Source: Candidatus Latescibacterota bacterium (GTDB taxonomy: Bacteria; Latescibacterota; UBA2968; UBA8231). Taken from it: a stretch of DNA of 64,000 nt. Positions 10,103-20,825 of the stretch are shown piece after piece. The stretch lies in NCBI GenBank assembly GCA_965261395.1, contig OZ253462.1, positions 1,056,001-1,120,000 of the forward strand, written 5' to 3'. The notes below the pieces were generated by a model. It saw nothing but the letters and a program-made list of their open reading frames with translations, was not told the DNA's origin and searched no databases. Position numbers and translations under genes: made by a program. Numbering within the stretch: the stretch's first letter is position 1; the number at the start of each line of letters is the position of its first letter.

Positions 10103-10885
10103 ATGTTGACCGCAGTGCTGATGGGGCTGATTGGTCTTTCGCTCGCCGCATCGACCTTGCATCTGGGGCGGCCGGCTTTCGCCTTCCGTGCTATTCGCAA
10201 CTGGCGCACCTCTTGGCTTTCGCGCGAAGTGCTGTCGCTGTCGCTTTTTGCCAAAGTCGCCCTTGCCTATGCGGCTTTCCTGCTGACGACCGAAGGTTTG
10301 GCGCTGGTAAGTGCAGAAGCCTTGGGTGGAGTCGGCGCCCGGCTGTCGTTGGGTGCGGTAGCGGTCTTGGCGGGCATCGCCGGCATTTACGCCAGCGCTC
10401 GGCTCTATCGGGTACCCGCCCGTCCGGCCTAGAATTTCCGCAAGACTACAGCCGACTTTTTTGCCGTGGCATGGATCGTCGGACCGGCGGTACTGGCGTT
10501 AGCGCCGGTATTGGGTGGGGAAGCGGGATTGAGCGTGCAGATCGCGGCTTTGGCTGCGGCGCTGGCGCTGATAGCCTACGTGAAGTTGCACTCGGACTTC
10601 ATCCGTCACTTAGCGGCAAGCGAGACCTTTGAACTCAAGGCCAGCGCCGAACTCTACCGCGATCACTTCGCCCGCTTGCGGATGTACAAAAATGGTGCGG
10701 CCCTATTGGCGCTGATAGGACTTTTGGCCTTGGGCGGTGGTGTGGTATCGACCGCGGTGGCGGCTTTGGGCGTCGCTGGCTTGGTGGCCTATGTATTCTT
10801 GCAGCGCTACCTGTTTTTCACCACGGTCGTCGGCACCAATATCGCGGGCAATTTCATCGTCGAAGCCCACCACTCAGTGGCGTAA
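10103..10885 (+). pseudogene. DmsC-like molybdoenzyme membrane anchor, 5'-truncated with internal TAG
   Basis: ASTLHLGRP..AFRA..NWRTSWLSREV and LYRVPARPA*N; TAG at 10430 sits where DmsC has the W of P(A)WN; the frame continues to 10885. Confidence 0.8.
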
Positions 10886-10897
10886 GGAAAATTTGCG

Positions 10898-12947
10898 ATG
10901 ACCGTCCTACAGAAAATCAAAGAGACGCTAGGTTTCGACATCAAGAAGGATGAATACGCCTTCGGATTTGACCCTCAGTACGGGTATCTGTCGCAAAAGA
11001 AATTCCCGAGCGCTGGGTCAAGACCACCTGCGGCTACTGCTCGGTCGGTTGTGGCATGGTAGTGGGCGTCAAGGGCGGCGAAATCGTCTCGGTGCACGGC
11101 GACGAGGAGCACCCTGTCAACGAGGGCAGCCTCTGTCCGAAAGGCTTGAGCGAGCACCTGCCGCTGAAAAGCCCCAACCGCGCCCATGCCCCGCTGTGGC
11201 GCGGCGAACCCATCTCTTGGGATCGCGCTTACGAGGAGATGGTGGGGCGGGTGCGCCGGGTTCAGGAGCAGTACGGCAAAGAGAGTTTCGCCGTGCTGTC
11301 AACCGGCCAGCTCGTCACCGAGGAGTTCTACGCTTTAGGCAAACTAGTGCAACTGGGTTTTGGCACTAGCAATTTCGACGGCAATACCACGCTGTGCATG
11401 AGCTCGGCAGTAGCCGGTTACAAACAGAGCTTTGGCTCCGACGGACCACCGGGATCGTATCGCGGCTTGCGAGAGGCCGACACCGTCTTTTTGATCGGCG
11501 CTAATATTGCCGACAATCATCCCATCCTCTGGCATCATCTCAACCAGAACGAAGAGTACACGCTGATCGTCTGCGATCCGCGCAAGACCAAGACGGCGAT
11601 GTTTGCCGACCTCTATCTGCCGATCCGGCCGCGCGGCGATGTCTATCTGCTCAACGGCCTGATCAACTTGGTGATCAAGCACGGCTATGTCGATCAAGAC
11701 TTCGTCGACACCCACACCACTGGTTTTGAGGCACTGGCCGAACACGCTAGTCATTATCCCATCGAGGTCGTGGCGGAGCACACGGGTTTAAGCCCCGAAT
11801 CGATCTGGGCGGCCTTCCAGGCCATCGCCAAGGCCGAAAACGTCCTCTTCGCGTGGACGATGGGCGTCAATCACTCGACTCAAGGGACGGATACCGTCAG
11901 CTTGATCAACACCCTCGCGCTGATTACGGGCAATATCGGCCGCACAGGTGCTGCGCCGTTGTCCATCACTGGCCAGTGCAATGCCATGGGCACCCGCGAG
12001 TTTGGCTTTGCTTCATCGCTGCCGGGCTACCGCAAATTTGAAAGCGAGGCAGACCGCGAGGAACTGGCGGCGTTGTGGGGGTTGGACGCGGAACGACTGC
12101 CGAAAAAGCGCGGCTTGGCCTATCCCGACATCATCGACGCCATCCTAGCGGGCCGCATCAAGGCACTGTGGGTGATTGCCACCAATCCGCTGGCCAGCTT
12201 TCCCGATCAGGAGCGGTTGCGCCAGGCGTTAGAGTGCGGCAAGCTGTCCCACCGCCCGGGGAGGCCAAGGCCGATTTCGATATTTTTATGGATTTGGCCC
12301 GGGTGCTCGGAGTGAGCGACGAACTCTTTCCCGCATGGCGAGGCCCGGCGGATGCGTTCGCGGAGATGCGCCGAATATCCAAGGGACAGCTCTGCGATTA
12401 CAGCGGCATGAGCTACGAAAAGATGGACGCCTTGGGCGGAATCCAGTGGCCCTGCAACGACGCGCATCCCGAGGGCGTTGACAGCCTATACACCGACGGC
12501 CGCTTCCCCACCGAGGACGGCCGGGCGCGGTTGTTGTACACTGCGCCGCTGCCGCTGCCTGAGCCGCCGGACGACGAATACCCCATCCTGCTCAACACCG
12601 GACGCACGGTAGAGCACTGGCACACGCGGACCAAGACCCGCGACGTGCCGATGCTGGAGAAACTCTCGCCCGAGCCTTGGGTTGAGATCCATCCGCAGAC
12701 CGCGCGGCGCTTCCGCCTCGGCCCGCGCACCCGCGTCTCTTTGGTCTCCAGACGCGGGCGCGTCGAAGGCTTGCTGCTGAGGATTACCGAGACGATCCAT
12801 CCAGACCAAATCTTCGTGCCCTTTCACTTTGCCGAGCAATGCGTCAACCAACTTACCCTCCCGGCCTTCTGCCCGAAGTCGCGCGAGCCTAACTACAAGC
12901 AGTGCGCCGTGCGCATTGAACGAGTCGAAAAAACCACCGCTACATGA
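10898..12947 (+). pseudogene. Assimilatory nitrate reductase catalytic subunit (NasA/NarB type), frameshift plus internal deletion
   Basis: WVKTTCGYCSVGCGM, LCPKG, GQLVTEEFY, NTTLCMSSA, TGQCNAMG, NTGRTVEHWHTRTKT, SREPNYK; frameshift near 11000; segment missing at 12231-12234. Confidence 0.88.
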
Positions 12948-12954
12948 GGAGATT

Positions 12955-14043
12955 ATGAAAGTAATTATCGCAGCCGTTGCCTTGGCCGTCTTGTCCTGCG
13001 CCGAGGGAATCGGTGCAGAGGAACTAGCGTTAGAAAAAGACGAACTCAAGTTCGGCTTCATCAAGCTGACCGACTGCGCGCCCTTGGTCATTGCCAAGGA
13101 GCAGTTCTTCTTCGAAGACGAGGGGCTTTTCGTCACCTTGGAGGCGCAGGCCAATTGGAAGGTGCTGCTCGACCGCGTCATCGATGGCGAACTCGACGGG
13201 GCGCACATGCTGGCCGGGCAGCCGATTGGCGCGACCATCGGCTTCGGCACCCAAGCCCACATTATTACCGCCTGTAGCATGGATCTCAACGGCAATGGCA
13301 TCACGGTCGCCAACGAGGTCTGGCAGCAAATGAAGCTCCACGTGCCCAAGCGCGCAGACGGCGAGCCGTGGAACCAACAAGCCGTGTTCAAGGGCCTTGG
13401 CGTGCCGGTGACGACCAACTACGACGTGTGGAAGAACAACCCGGAAAAGGTCTTTGGCGTCAGCAAGGTTTGGGCCGACAAGCACCCCAACACGCACAAA
13501 GCGGTGGTCAAGGCGCTAATTCGCGCTGGCAAGTGGCTCGACGAGGAAGGCGAAAATGGCGAGCCAAAAAACCGCGTTGAAGCGGCGCGGATCCTCTCCC
13601 GATCGGAGTATGTCGGTGCCGACTTTGAGGTCATCGCCAACAGCATGACCGGCACCTTTGAGTTTGAAAAGGGCGACAAGCGCGCAATGCCCGACTTCAA
13701 TGTGTTCTACCGCTACGACGCCACGTACCCTTTCTATAGCGACGGCGTTTGGTTTTTGACCCAGATGCGGCGCTGGGGCCAGATCGACGCCCCCAAACCC
13801 GACTCTTGGTATCACGCGACGATTAAGGAGATCTACCGGCCCGACATCTGGCGCGAGGCCGCGGCCCTGCTCGTAGAGGATGGACACTTGACGGCCGACG
13901 AGATTCCCCAGACCGACGGCTACAAGGTGCCGACCAGCGACTTTACAGATGAGGTCGAGTACGACGGCCGCGAACCCAACGCCTATCTGCACAAGTTTCG
14001 GGTGGATATCAAGGACGACTACACTAAAACGTCGATGAAATAG
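12955..14043 (+). pseudogene. nrtA: Nitrate ABC transporter substrate-binding protein with large in-frame deletion
   Basis: [49 protein letters not shown]; the central VFPVSTHNY...PPPQM...GYCV region known from NrtA/CmpA is absent. Confidence 0.8.
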
Positions 14044-14057
14044 GAGGCGGTAGATTG

Positions 14058-15090
14058 ATGGTCGATAAGCTGAATAAAATCCTCGTTTTCGTCGGGCTGA
14101 CTTGGCTGACGCCGGTGATCAAACTGGCCGCCGGGGAAAACCCCGGTCAGCAGGTCCGCGACATCTGGACCCTGATCGGCGTGCCCGTGAGTGCGTTCGT
14201 CTCCTTCCTGATGCTGTGGTCGCTGACCGCCGCCCAAATCGAGACCAGCTTGGGCAATATCCCCGGGCCGATGCAGGCCTACAAGCAAGCGGTAGGGCTG
14301 TGGGAAGAGCACGTGGAAGAACGGGAAAAAGCGCGGGCGTTCTATAAGCGGCAGGAAGCGGCAGGAAAAGCGCAACGCCGAGAAACTGGCCGCAAACCCA
14401 CAGGCCCAAGTCAAGATCCGCCAATATACCGGTAAGCCGACGTATCTCGACCAGATCGGCACTAGCCTGTACACGGTTTTCGCTGGCTTTTCGCTGGCTG
14501 CGCTGGTGGCCGTGCCACTCGGCCTGTTTTGCGGCATGAGCCGCACGATGATGAACGCCTTTAATCCATTGATCCAGATATTCAAGCCCGTGTCACCGCT
14601 GGCTTGGCTGCCGCTGGTGACGATGGTGGTCAGCGCCCTCTACACGACCAACGACGGGCTTTTTGCAAAGTCCTTTATCAACTCGGCGGTCACCGTGTCG
14701 CTGTGCTCGCTGTGGCCCGCGCTGATCAACACCGCCTTGGGCGTGTCGTCGCTAAGTCAGGATTACGTCAATGTGGCGCGGGTGCTCAACCTCGGAGTCA
14801 AGGACCGGATTTTTAAGATCGTCCTGCCGGCCTCGCTGCCCTACATCTTTACGGGCCTGCGCATTTCGCTCGGCGTCGGCTGGATGGTGCTGATCGCCGC
14901 GGAGATGCTGGCGCAAAACCCGGGCTTGGGCAAGTTCGTGTGGGACGAGTTTCAAAACGGCAGCAGCCACTCGCTGGCGCGGATCTTGGTAGCCGTGCTG
15001 ACCATTGGCTTTATCGGCTTTATGCTCGACCGGGCGATGGTAATCCTGCACAAGCTAGTCAGCTTCGGCGACGAGCCGGTTGGTATCTGA
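14058..15090 (+). pseudogene. nrtB: Nitrate ABC transporter permease, frameshifted by a 10-bp duplication
   Basis: QIFKPVSPLAWLP, LPYIFTGLRISLGVGWMVLIAAEML; AAGCGGCAGG tandem at 14346-14365. Confidence 0.88.
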
Positions 15091-15097
15091 GGGGAGC

Positions 15098-16386
15098 ATG
15101 GCTTTTCTCGAATTGCGCAATGTCAGCAAAGCCTATGGCGAAGGGGCCGAGCGCACCGAGGTACTCGCGAACGTCAGCTTGGAGATTGAGCGGGGCGAGT
15201 TCGTGGCCATCGTCGGTTTTTCGGGCAGCGGCAAGACCACGTTGCTCTCGCTGATCGCCGGTCTGATCGAGCCTGACGAGGGCGAAATCCTCATCGACGG
15301 CAAGCGGATCGCCGGTCCCGGTCCCGAGCGTGGCGTCATCTTCCAGAACTATTCGCTGCTGCCCTGGCTGACCGTCTATGGCAACGTGGCCTTGGTGGTC
15401 AATCGCCTCTTCCCCGCTTGGTCGGCGAAAAAGCGCCGCGCCCACGTCGAGCACTACGTCGAAATGGTCCATCTGACGCCGGCGTCGCAAAAGCGGCCGA
15501 CCGAGCTTTCAGGGGGTATGCGCCAGCGGGTAGCCGTTGCACGCGCCTTGGCATTGAATTCGCCGATCTCGCCAAGGTCTACCCGACAGTCGATGGGCCA
15601 GTGGCCGTGGTCAAGGGCTTTGATTTGCAGATTGAACAGGGCGAGTTCGTCTCCATCATCGGCCACTCGGGCTGCGGCAAGTCAACGGTGCTGTCGATGA
15701 TCGCCGGCCTCAACGAGATCTCCGACGGGGCTATTTACATGGACGGACGCCGGGTCGTAGGCCCGGGACCCGACCGCGGGGTGGTCTTCCAGTCGCCGAG
15801 CCTGTTCCCGTGGATGACGGCCATGGAAAACGTGCTGCTGGGCGTCGAACAGGTCTTCCCGCACGGCAGCAAGCGCGAGCGGCGGGAAATCGCCGAGTAC
15901 TATCTCAACCGCGTGGGCTTGGTTGACGCGCTCGATAAGCGTGCTGCCGAGCTATCGCAGGGGATGCGCCAGCGCGTGGGCATTGCCCGCGCCTTTGCCC
16001 TCAAGCCCAAGCTGCTGCTGCTCGACGAGCCGTTTGGGATGCTCGATTCGCTGACCCGCGCCGAGCTGCAAGACGTGCTGTTGGAGGTCTGGCGGCGAGA
16101 CCGGATTACCGCAATCATGGTGACCCACGATGTGGATGAAGCGCTGTTCCTATCCGACCGCGTAGTGATGATGACCAGCGGCCCACAGGCCAAGGTCGGC
16201 GACATTCTGTCGGTGGAATTCCCGCGGCCGAGGGATCGACGCACGGTGTGTGAGCACGAGCACTTCTACGATTTGCGCGGCCACCTACTGCGCTTCCTCG
16301 ATGGCCCGGCGTTGGTCGAACCGGGCGCAGCACCGGATGAGGAACAGGAAACTATAGACGAAACCGCCCCAAAGCAGGTAGCTTGA
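15098..16386 (+). pseudogene. Two nitrate ABC ATPase units (NrtC/NrtD-like) joined out of frame by a deletion
   Basis: First unit has GFSGSGKT and LSGGMRQR but breaks off before Walker B; at 15552-15559 the sequence switches to [24 protein letters not shown] of a second unit lacking its start. Confidence 0.82.
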
Positions 16387-16444
16387 CCGAGATTCGCGGT
16401 TTAACTTATCTACATCCGTGCCATCTTTACGTTGGAGGAACGCC

Positions 16445-17647
16445 GTGCGTCTTGCAATCTATTCCGCATTTCTTTTAGGCGTAGTTGCATCCAGCGCTAG
16501 CTACGCTAAAAAGGAGATCGTCTGGGGAGGCCAGATCCGGCCGCGCTACGAATTCCGCGATCCATTCGCAAATAACTACGACTCCTTCACCTCCATGCGG
16601 GTGCGGACCCAGATGGCGGCCTCGCTCGATAGCGATATCGATCTGATGATCCAGCTCCAGGACGTGCGCTTGTGGGGCGAGGAAAAGAATACCCTAACGG
16701 ATTACAGCGCCGATAAATTTGACCTGCACCAGGGCTATGTCCACCTGAAGAAACTGGGCGACGGCGACCACTCGCTCAAGATTGGCCGTCAGATCGTCGC
16801 CCTTGGCGGTCAGCGGCTAATCGGCGCGGTCGAATGGACCCAGCAGGGCCGGGTTTTTGACGGTTTGCAACTGCTGCTGGCACCCTCTTGGGGACAGGTG
16901 AACCTGACGGCGATTCAGGTGACAGAGTCGGATTCGACGAAGTTTTCCGACGACGTCTATCTGACGGGTGCGTACGCGACCTTAGACCAACTGCCGTCCG
17001 GCAGCTTGGACCTCTACGCGTTCTACAACAAGGACGGAGCCAAGGACACGGATCAGGTCACTATGGGCGCGCGTCTGGCGGGCAAAAAGATGGCGTACTC
17101 CTACCGTTTCGAAGGTTCGTTTCAGACCGGTCAGCGCAGCACCAAAGATGTATCGGCTTTCATGTTCGGTGGGCGGGTTGGCGGGTCTCTAGGCGGGCTA
17201 GACCTCACTTTGTGGTACGACTACCTATCCGGCGACGACGATCTGGCCGATGGCAAGACCAAGGTCTTTGACACGCTCTTTGCGACCAACCACAAGTACT
17301 ATGGGTACGCCGATTTGTTTCTCAATATCCCGGTCCACACTGGCGGGCTGGGGCTGCAGGACTTGGCCCTCAAGGCGGCGTTGCCGTTGAGTGACCAAGT
17401 ATCCCTTGGAATCCACGGGCACTCTTTCCTCACCGCGCAACAGGGCGATTTGGAGTCGAGTCATTTGGGCGAGGAAGTCGATTTGACGCTTACCTACAAA
17501 TGCCGCCCCGGCTTTGCCGTAGTCGCCGGACTCTCGAGGGTGATAGCCGACGACAGCATGACCAGCGTTACTCGTTACAAGGATTCGATTGAGGACTGGA
17601 ACGGGGATATGACCTTTGCTTACCTTATGACCAACACGACCTTCTAA
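16445..17647 (+). CDS. Alginate-export (AlgE-like) family outer-membrane porin, nitrate-cluster associated
   Basis: Signal peptide, GQIRPRYEFR, QLQDVRLWG, IGRQ..QRLIG..WTQQGR, YDYLSGD, TNHKYYGYADLF, terminal Phe; GGAGG RBS before GTG 16445. Confidence 0.8.
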   Translation: MRLAIYSAFLLGVVASSASYAKKEIVWGGQIRPRYEFRDPFANNYDSFTSMRVRTQMAASLDSDIDLMIQLQDVRLWGEEKNTLTDYSADKFDLHQGYVHLKKLGDGDHSLKIGRQIVALGGQRLIGAVEWTQQGRVFDGLQLLLAPSWGQVNLTAIQVTESDSTKFSDDVYLTGAYATLDQLPSGSLDLYAFYNKDGAKDTDQVTMGARLAGKKMAYSYRFEGSFQTGQRSTKDVSAFMFGGRVGGSLGGLDLTLWYDYLSGDDDLADGKTKVFDTLFATNHKYYGYADLFLNIPVHTGGLGLQDLALKAALPLSDQVSLGIHGHSFLTAQQGDLESSHLGEEVDLTLTYKCRPGFAVVAGLSRVIADDSMTSVTRYKDSIEDWNGDMTFAYLMTNTTF

Positions 17648-17675
17648 ACATTCTGACTGAGCGTTTTAATACGAC

Positions 17676-18236
17676 ATGCCGCCTCGCATCTCAAAGCCGA
17701 TCTCCTCGTCCAGACTGAGGGCCTTCTTCCAACGTTTGGTCTGCCCCGGGTTTACTTCGTTGGGCATTGCCGACCGCGAAGTGGTCGAATACGTCGTCGA
17801 TCTGCTGACGAGCTTTGCGCGGACCGATCAACTCTACCGCATCCGCGATTTGCGCGGTCAGCCGCTTGAAACCGTCGCCGAGATGCTGGTGGAACTCGGG
17901 CGTCAGCGTCAGCCAGAGCGGCGTTGGTCCTTCGACCGCGAGATGGATATTCGTCGGCACGTCGGCGACTACGCGCTTTTTACCAGCGGGCTCTTCCGCA
18001 CGTGGGTCGAGCGGCAGGGGCTTGGTGGCTACTACTTGGAGCAGGGAAGAAGGGCTTATGGGGCGGCAGCCGAACTAGCCCAGTTCGGCTCCGTGTCGCA
18101 AGCGCGGCTCTTCGGTGCCTTAGAGGAGCAATTCGAACATTTGTCCGGAGGGCTCGACTACGTGCGCAAGGTCTATATGCGGCCCGAACTACACGGTGGC
18201 TCGCACGAGGCGCTGATGCGTCAGCTGGGCATTTAG
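17676..18236 (+). CDS. Conserved-looking hypothetical protein
   Basis: Clean ORF; RHVGDYALFTSGLF and YYLEQGRRAY helical motifs; no function assigned. Confidence 0.7.
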   Translation: MPPRISKPISSSRLRAFFQRLVCPGFTSLGIADREVVEYVVDLLTSFARTDQLYRIRDLRGQPLETVAEMLVELGRQRQPERRWSFDREMDIRRHVGDYALFTSGLFRTWVERQGLGGYYLEQGRRAYGAAAELAQFGSVSQARLFGALEEQFEHLSGGLDYVRKVYMRPELHGGSHEALMRQLGI

Positions 18237-18299
18237 AGGCCCTAGCCAAACGCTCTGCTGGCGTCGCGCGGTCAACGCCGGGCTCTTGGTTAGGGCCTC

Positions 18300-20609
18300 T
18301 TAGTAGCTCAGGCCGATGCTGCGGACCAAGGTGCGGGTGGCGGAGTCGCCAGCGATCTGCACGCGGAAGAGGTAGAGGCCGGGCCGGGCCATCGCGCCGG
18401 AGTCGCGGCGGCCGTCCCAAGTTAGCTGATAGTGGCCTGCCACGCCGCCGGCGTCTCGCAGCGTGCGGACTAGCCGGCCGCGCAGGTCGTAGATGTGGGC
18501 TTCAATGGGGCGGGCGTCGAGGACCTTGAGCACGTCGAAAGAGATGGCGAGCGCGTCGTTGACGCCGTCGCCGTTGGGGGTAAAAATCCCCGCGCCTAAG
18601 TATAGGCGCGTGAGCAAGCTGCCGTCCACGGGCAGCGAGACCGCATCTCCTGCTCCCGCTAAGTCGGGAACTGCATCGCCCGGATTGACCTGCTGACGTA
18701 GCGTGTCAAGCCCGCTTTCGCGCTCTAGAAAGGCGCGGAAGCGGGTATTGTTTTGGAAGACGGTGGCGGCGAAATCTAACTCGACGCGCTCGGCGGCCGC
18801 GATTCGCTCGGGCAAGTGCAGGCGAAGGCCCGCATCCGTCTTTTCCACTTCGGCGTCGATTGCCGCGCCGTCGATTTGCAGGGTGCGGAACGCGAGGGGC
18901 ACCGAGGCTTCGAGGGCGATGGCCTCAAAGCCCTGACTGTCGCGGGCGAATTCTGGGCGGAGGAAGTACGTGAAATCGGTTTGCTCTCCTGGCTCAACTC
19001 GCGTCGGCTGGACTTCGCCGACCGCGGTGCGCGCCAAAGGACGGGAATAGATCAAAGCAAGCGCGTCGAGGGCAATGCCAGCCTGCGGGTTGTCGGCGTG
19101 CAGCTCGGCTTCGAGCTGCACGTAGCGCCGGGGCGACGGTGAGCGGAAGCGGGTGCCCGTATGGATGTATTCCTCGCTCCACACGCTCCAACCATCGCCC
19201 GGTTGGAGCGTGGTTTCGATGGGGCCGCGGAACGAGGCGATCAGCTTTTCGTAGCGCCTTTTGGTAATCTCTTTGCCGTTTTTGTCGAAATAGCGCATCT
19301 CCTCGACGACGTGGTCGCCGGTGCGGCTGCGCAAGGCGAATTGGGCCCCGAGCGGCGCGTCAATGTCCCACTCGATTTCGGTGATGTTCCAATTGGTGCC
19401 GAGGTCGATAACGGGCGAGCGGAGGACGACGCGGGCCGGGTACCCCTCGCCGTACACTTGGAATTCGCTAACTAGGCCCAGCCCGTCCAAGCGGCCGGTG
19501 TTGTCGAGAGCGCTGCCCGACAGGCCGCCGCCGATGATGTTGCCGCCTTGGCTAGTGGGATAGATCAAACGCAGGTAGCGGGCGGCGATTAGGGGGACAT
19601 CGTGGCGAAAATTGCGCACGTCGAAGAGGTTGCGGAGGTCGAGGGGAATGGAGGCCAACGCCTGCCAGGCCAGCGATCCGTCGGGTGCCAGCGATCCGTC
19701 GGAGTACTGCATCTGATAGGCGAGGAAGTTGGCGTAGGACTGCCGCAGCCGCGGCGGAATGCCCAGCGGCTCACCCAAGAGCCAGACCGAATCGATCCAA
19801 TAGGTCGCCCCTAGATCAATGCGGTAGTCGCCGAAGGTCTCGCTGCCGCCGCTGGAGCCTTTGGCAAGGGGGTTGACGCGCCACATGGTCGAGAGATCGC
19901 CGTCGAACATGACGGAAGGAATGCCGGCCACCGCGACGATGGCGGCCTCGACGTCGACGCTGCCGCCTTTGGCAATCAGATCAAAGGCGATATTGTCGCC
20001 AAAGGCCTTGATTTGGATTTCGGCGAGCGCGGGCGCACCGGTCATCTCGCGAGTGGCCTCAATGCGGAGGACTTGAACGAGCTCGTCGTCGAGGTCGATC
20101 GTCACGTCGCGCACCTCGTTGAAGGCAAAGCGCTTGCTGTGGCTGTAGATTAGGGTGCCTTCGACGACGACGTTGGCACTGTTGATAAAGCGCTCGCCCT
20201 TGGAGAGTGAGAGGGTAAAAAAGGGCAGGGGTGGCGCGTTGTCGGCGAAGCGCAGGCGAATCTGTTGGACGGGAAACACCTGCCCCAAGTCGATCTCGAG
20301 CCACCAGTCGTTTGGGACCGTGCCCGGCGGTGGACCCCAGCTAGTGGCGAGGTCGCCGTCAAAGGCGCGGGCAGCGGTAGATTGTGCCGCTCCGGCCCCA
20401 CGAACAGCAGCCTCAGAGAGCGGATCAATGTCTTTGCCGACCCGCACCGGCCGCAGCGAGCCTGCTTCGTCTAAGCGCAGGACGCCGGCGGGATACACCC
20501 AGTTTTCCCATATATCTGCCGAAGTCATAACTAGCCGCTCGGAAAGAATGGGACTGCTGAATGGCACGAGCATGCACAGTGCTAAGGGCAAGAGGCGGAA
20601 TGGCGACAC
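18300..20609 (-). CDS. Secreted protein with discoidin-like domains and C-terminal FlgD-Ig/T9SS type B-like domain
   Basis: Signal peptide; AFDGDLATSW..WLEIDLG; C-terminal IFTPNGDGVND..IYDLRGRLVR..WDGR..PGLYLFR. Confidence 0.8.
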   Translation of the reverse strand: MSPFRLLPLALCMLVPFSSPILSERLVMTSADIWENWVYPAGVLRLDEAGSLRPVRVGKDIDPLSEAAVRGAGAAQSTAARAFDGDLATSWGPPPGTVPNDWWLEIDLGQVFPVQQIRLRFADNAPPLPFFTLSLSKGERFINSANVVVEGTLIYSHSKRFAFNEVRDVTIDLDDELVQVLRIEATREMTGAPALAEIQIKAFGDNIAFDLIAKGGSVDVEAAIVAVAGIPSVMFDGDLSTMWRVNPLAKGSSGGSETFGDYRIDLGATYWIDSVWLLGEPLGIPPRLRQSYANFLAYQMQYSDGSLAPDGSLAWQALASIPLDLRNLFDVRNFRHDVPLIAARYLRLIYPTSQGGNIIGGGLSGSALDNTGRLDGLGLVSEFQVYGEGYPARVVLRSPVIDLGTNWNITEIEWDIDAPLGAQFALRSRTGDHVVEEMRYFDKNGKEITKRRYEKLIASFRGPIETTLQPGDGWSVWSEEYIHTGTRFRSPSPRRYVQLEAELHADNPQAGIALDALALIYSRPLARTAVGEVQPTRVEPGEQTDFTYFLRPEFARDSQGFEAIALEASVPLAFRTLQIDGAAIDAEVEKTDAGLRLHLPERIAAAERVELDFAATVFQNNTRFRAFLERESGLDTLRQQVNPGDAVPDLAGAGDAVSLPVDGSLLTRLYLGAGIFTPNGDGVNDALAISFDVLKVLDARPIEAHIYDLRGRLVRTLRDAGGVAGHYQLTWDGRRDSGAMARPGLYLFRVQIAGDSATRTLVRSIGLSY

Positions 20610-20825
20610 GGGCGATCTGCTGTTTTTTTGTAGGAAGAGCGCGGCTCAAACGCCGGATATAAAATATATTGAATTTAGGATTGCTTCATCCTACAAGCGA
20701 AAACGGACCGGCACGATCCGGCTTTATGGGAGCGCGTGGAGGAACTATTGGTATTATTATTATGGTTGTCGAGGATATATTGACTTGGAAAAATAGCCGA
20801 AGTTTTGTCGCGGGCGAAGACACAG

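Noticed and set aside
10103-10162. ORF-track N-terminus of NirB (MQGRCGERK...)
   Set aside because: It is the antisense of the DmsC-like fragment beyond the junction, not NirB sequence.
10430-10432. In-frame TAG as pyrrolysine or stop-codon reassignment
   Set aside because: The position corresponds to a conserved Trp (TGG to TAG), the gene is already truncated, and TAG ends normal genes here (icd, moaC, fmt, yajC).
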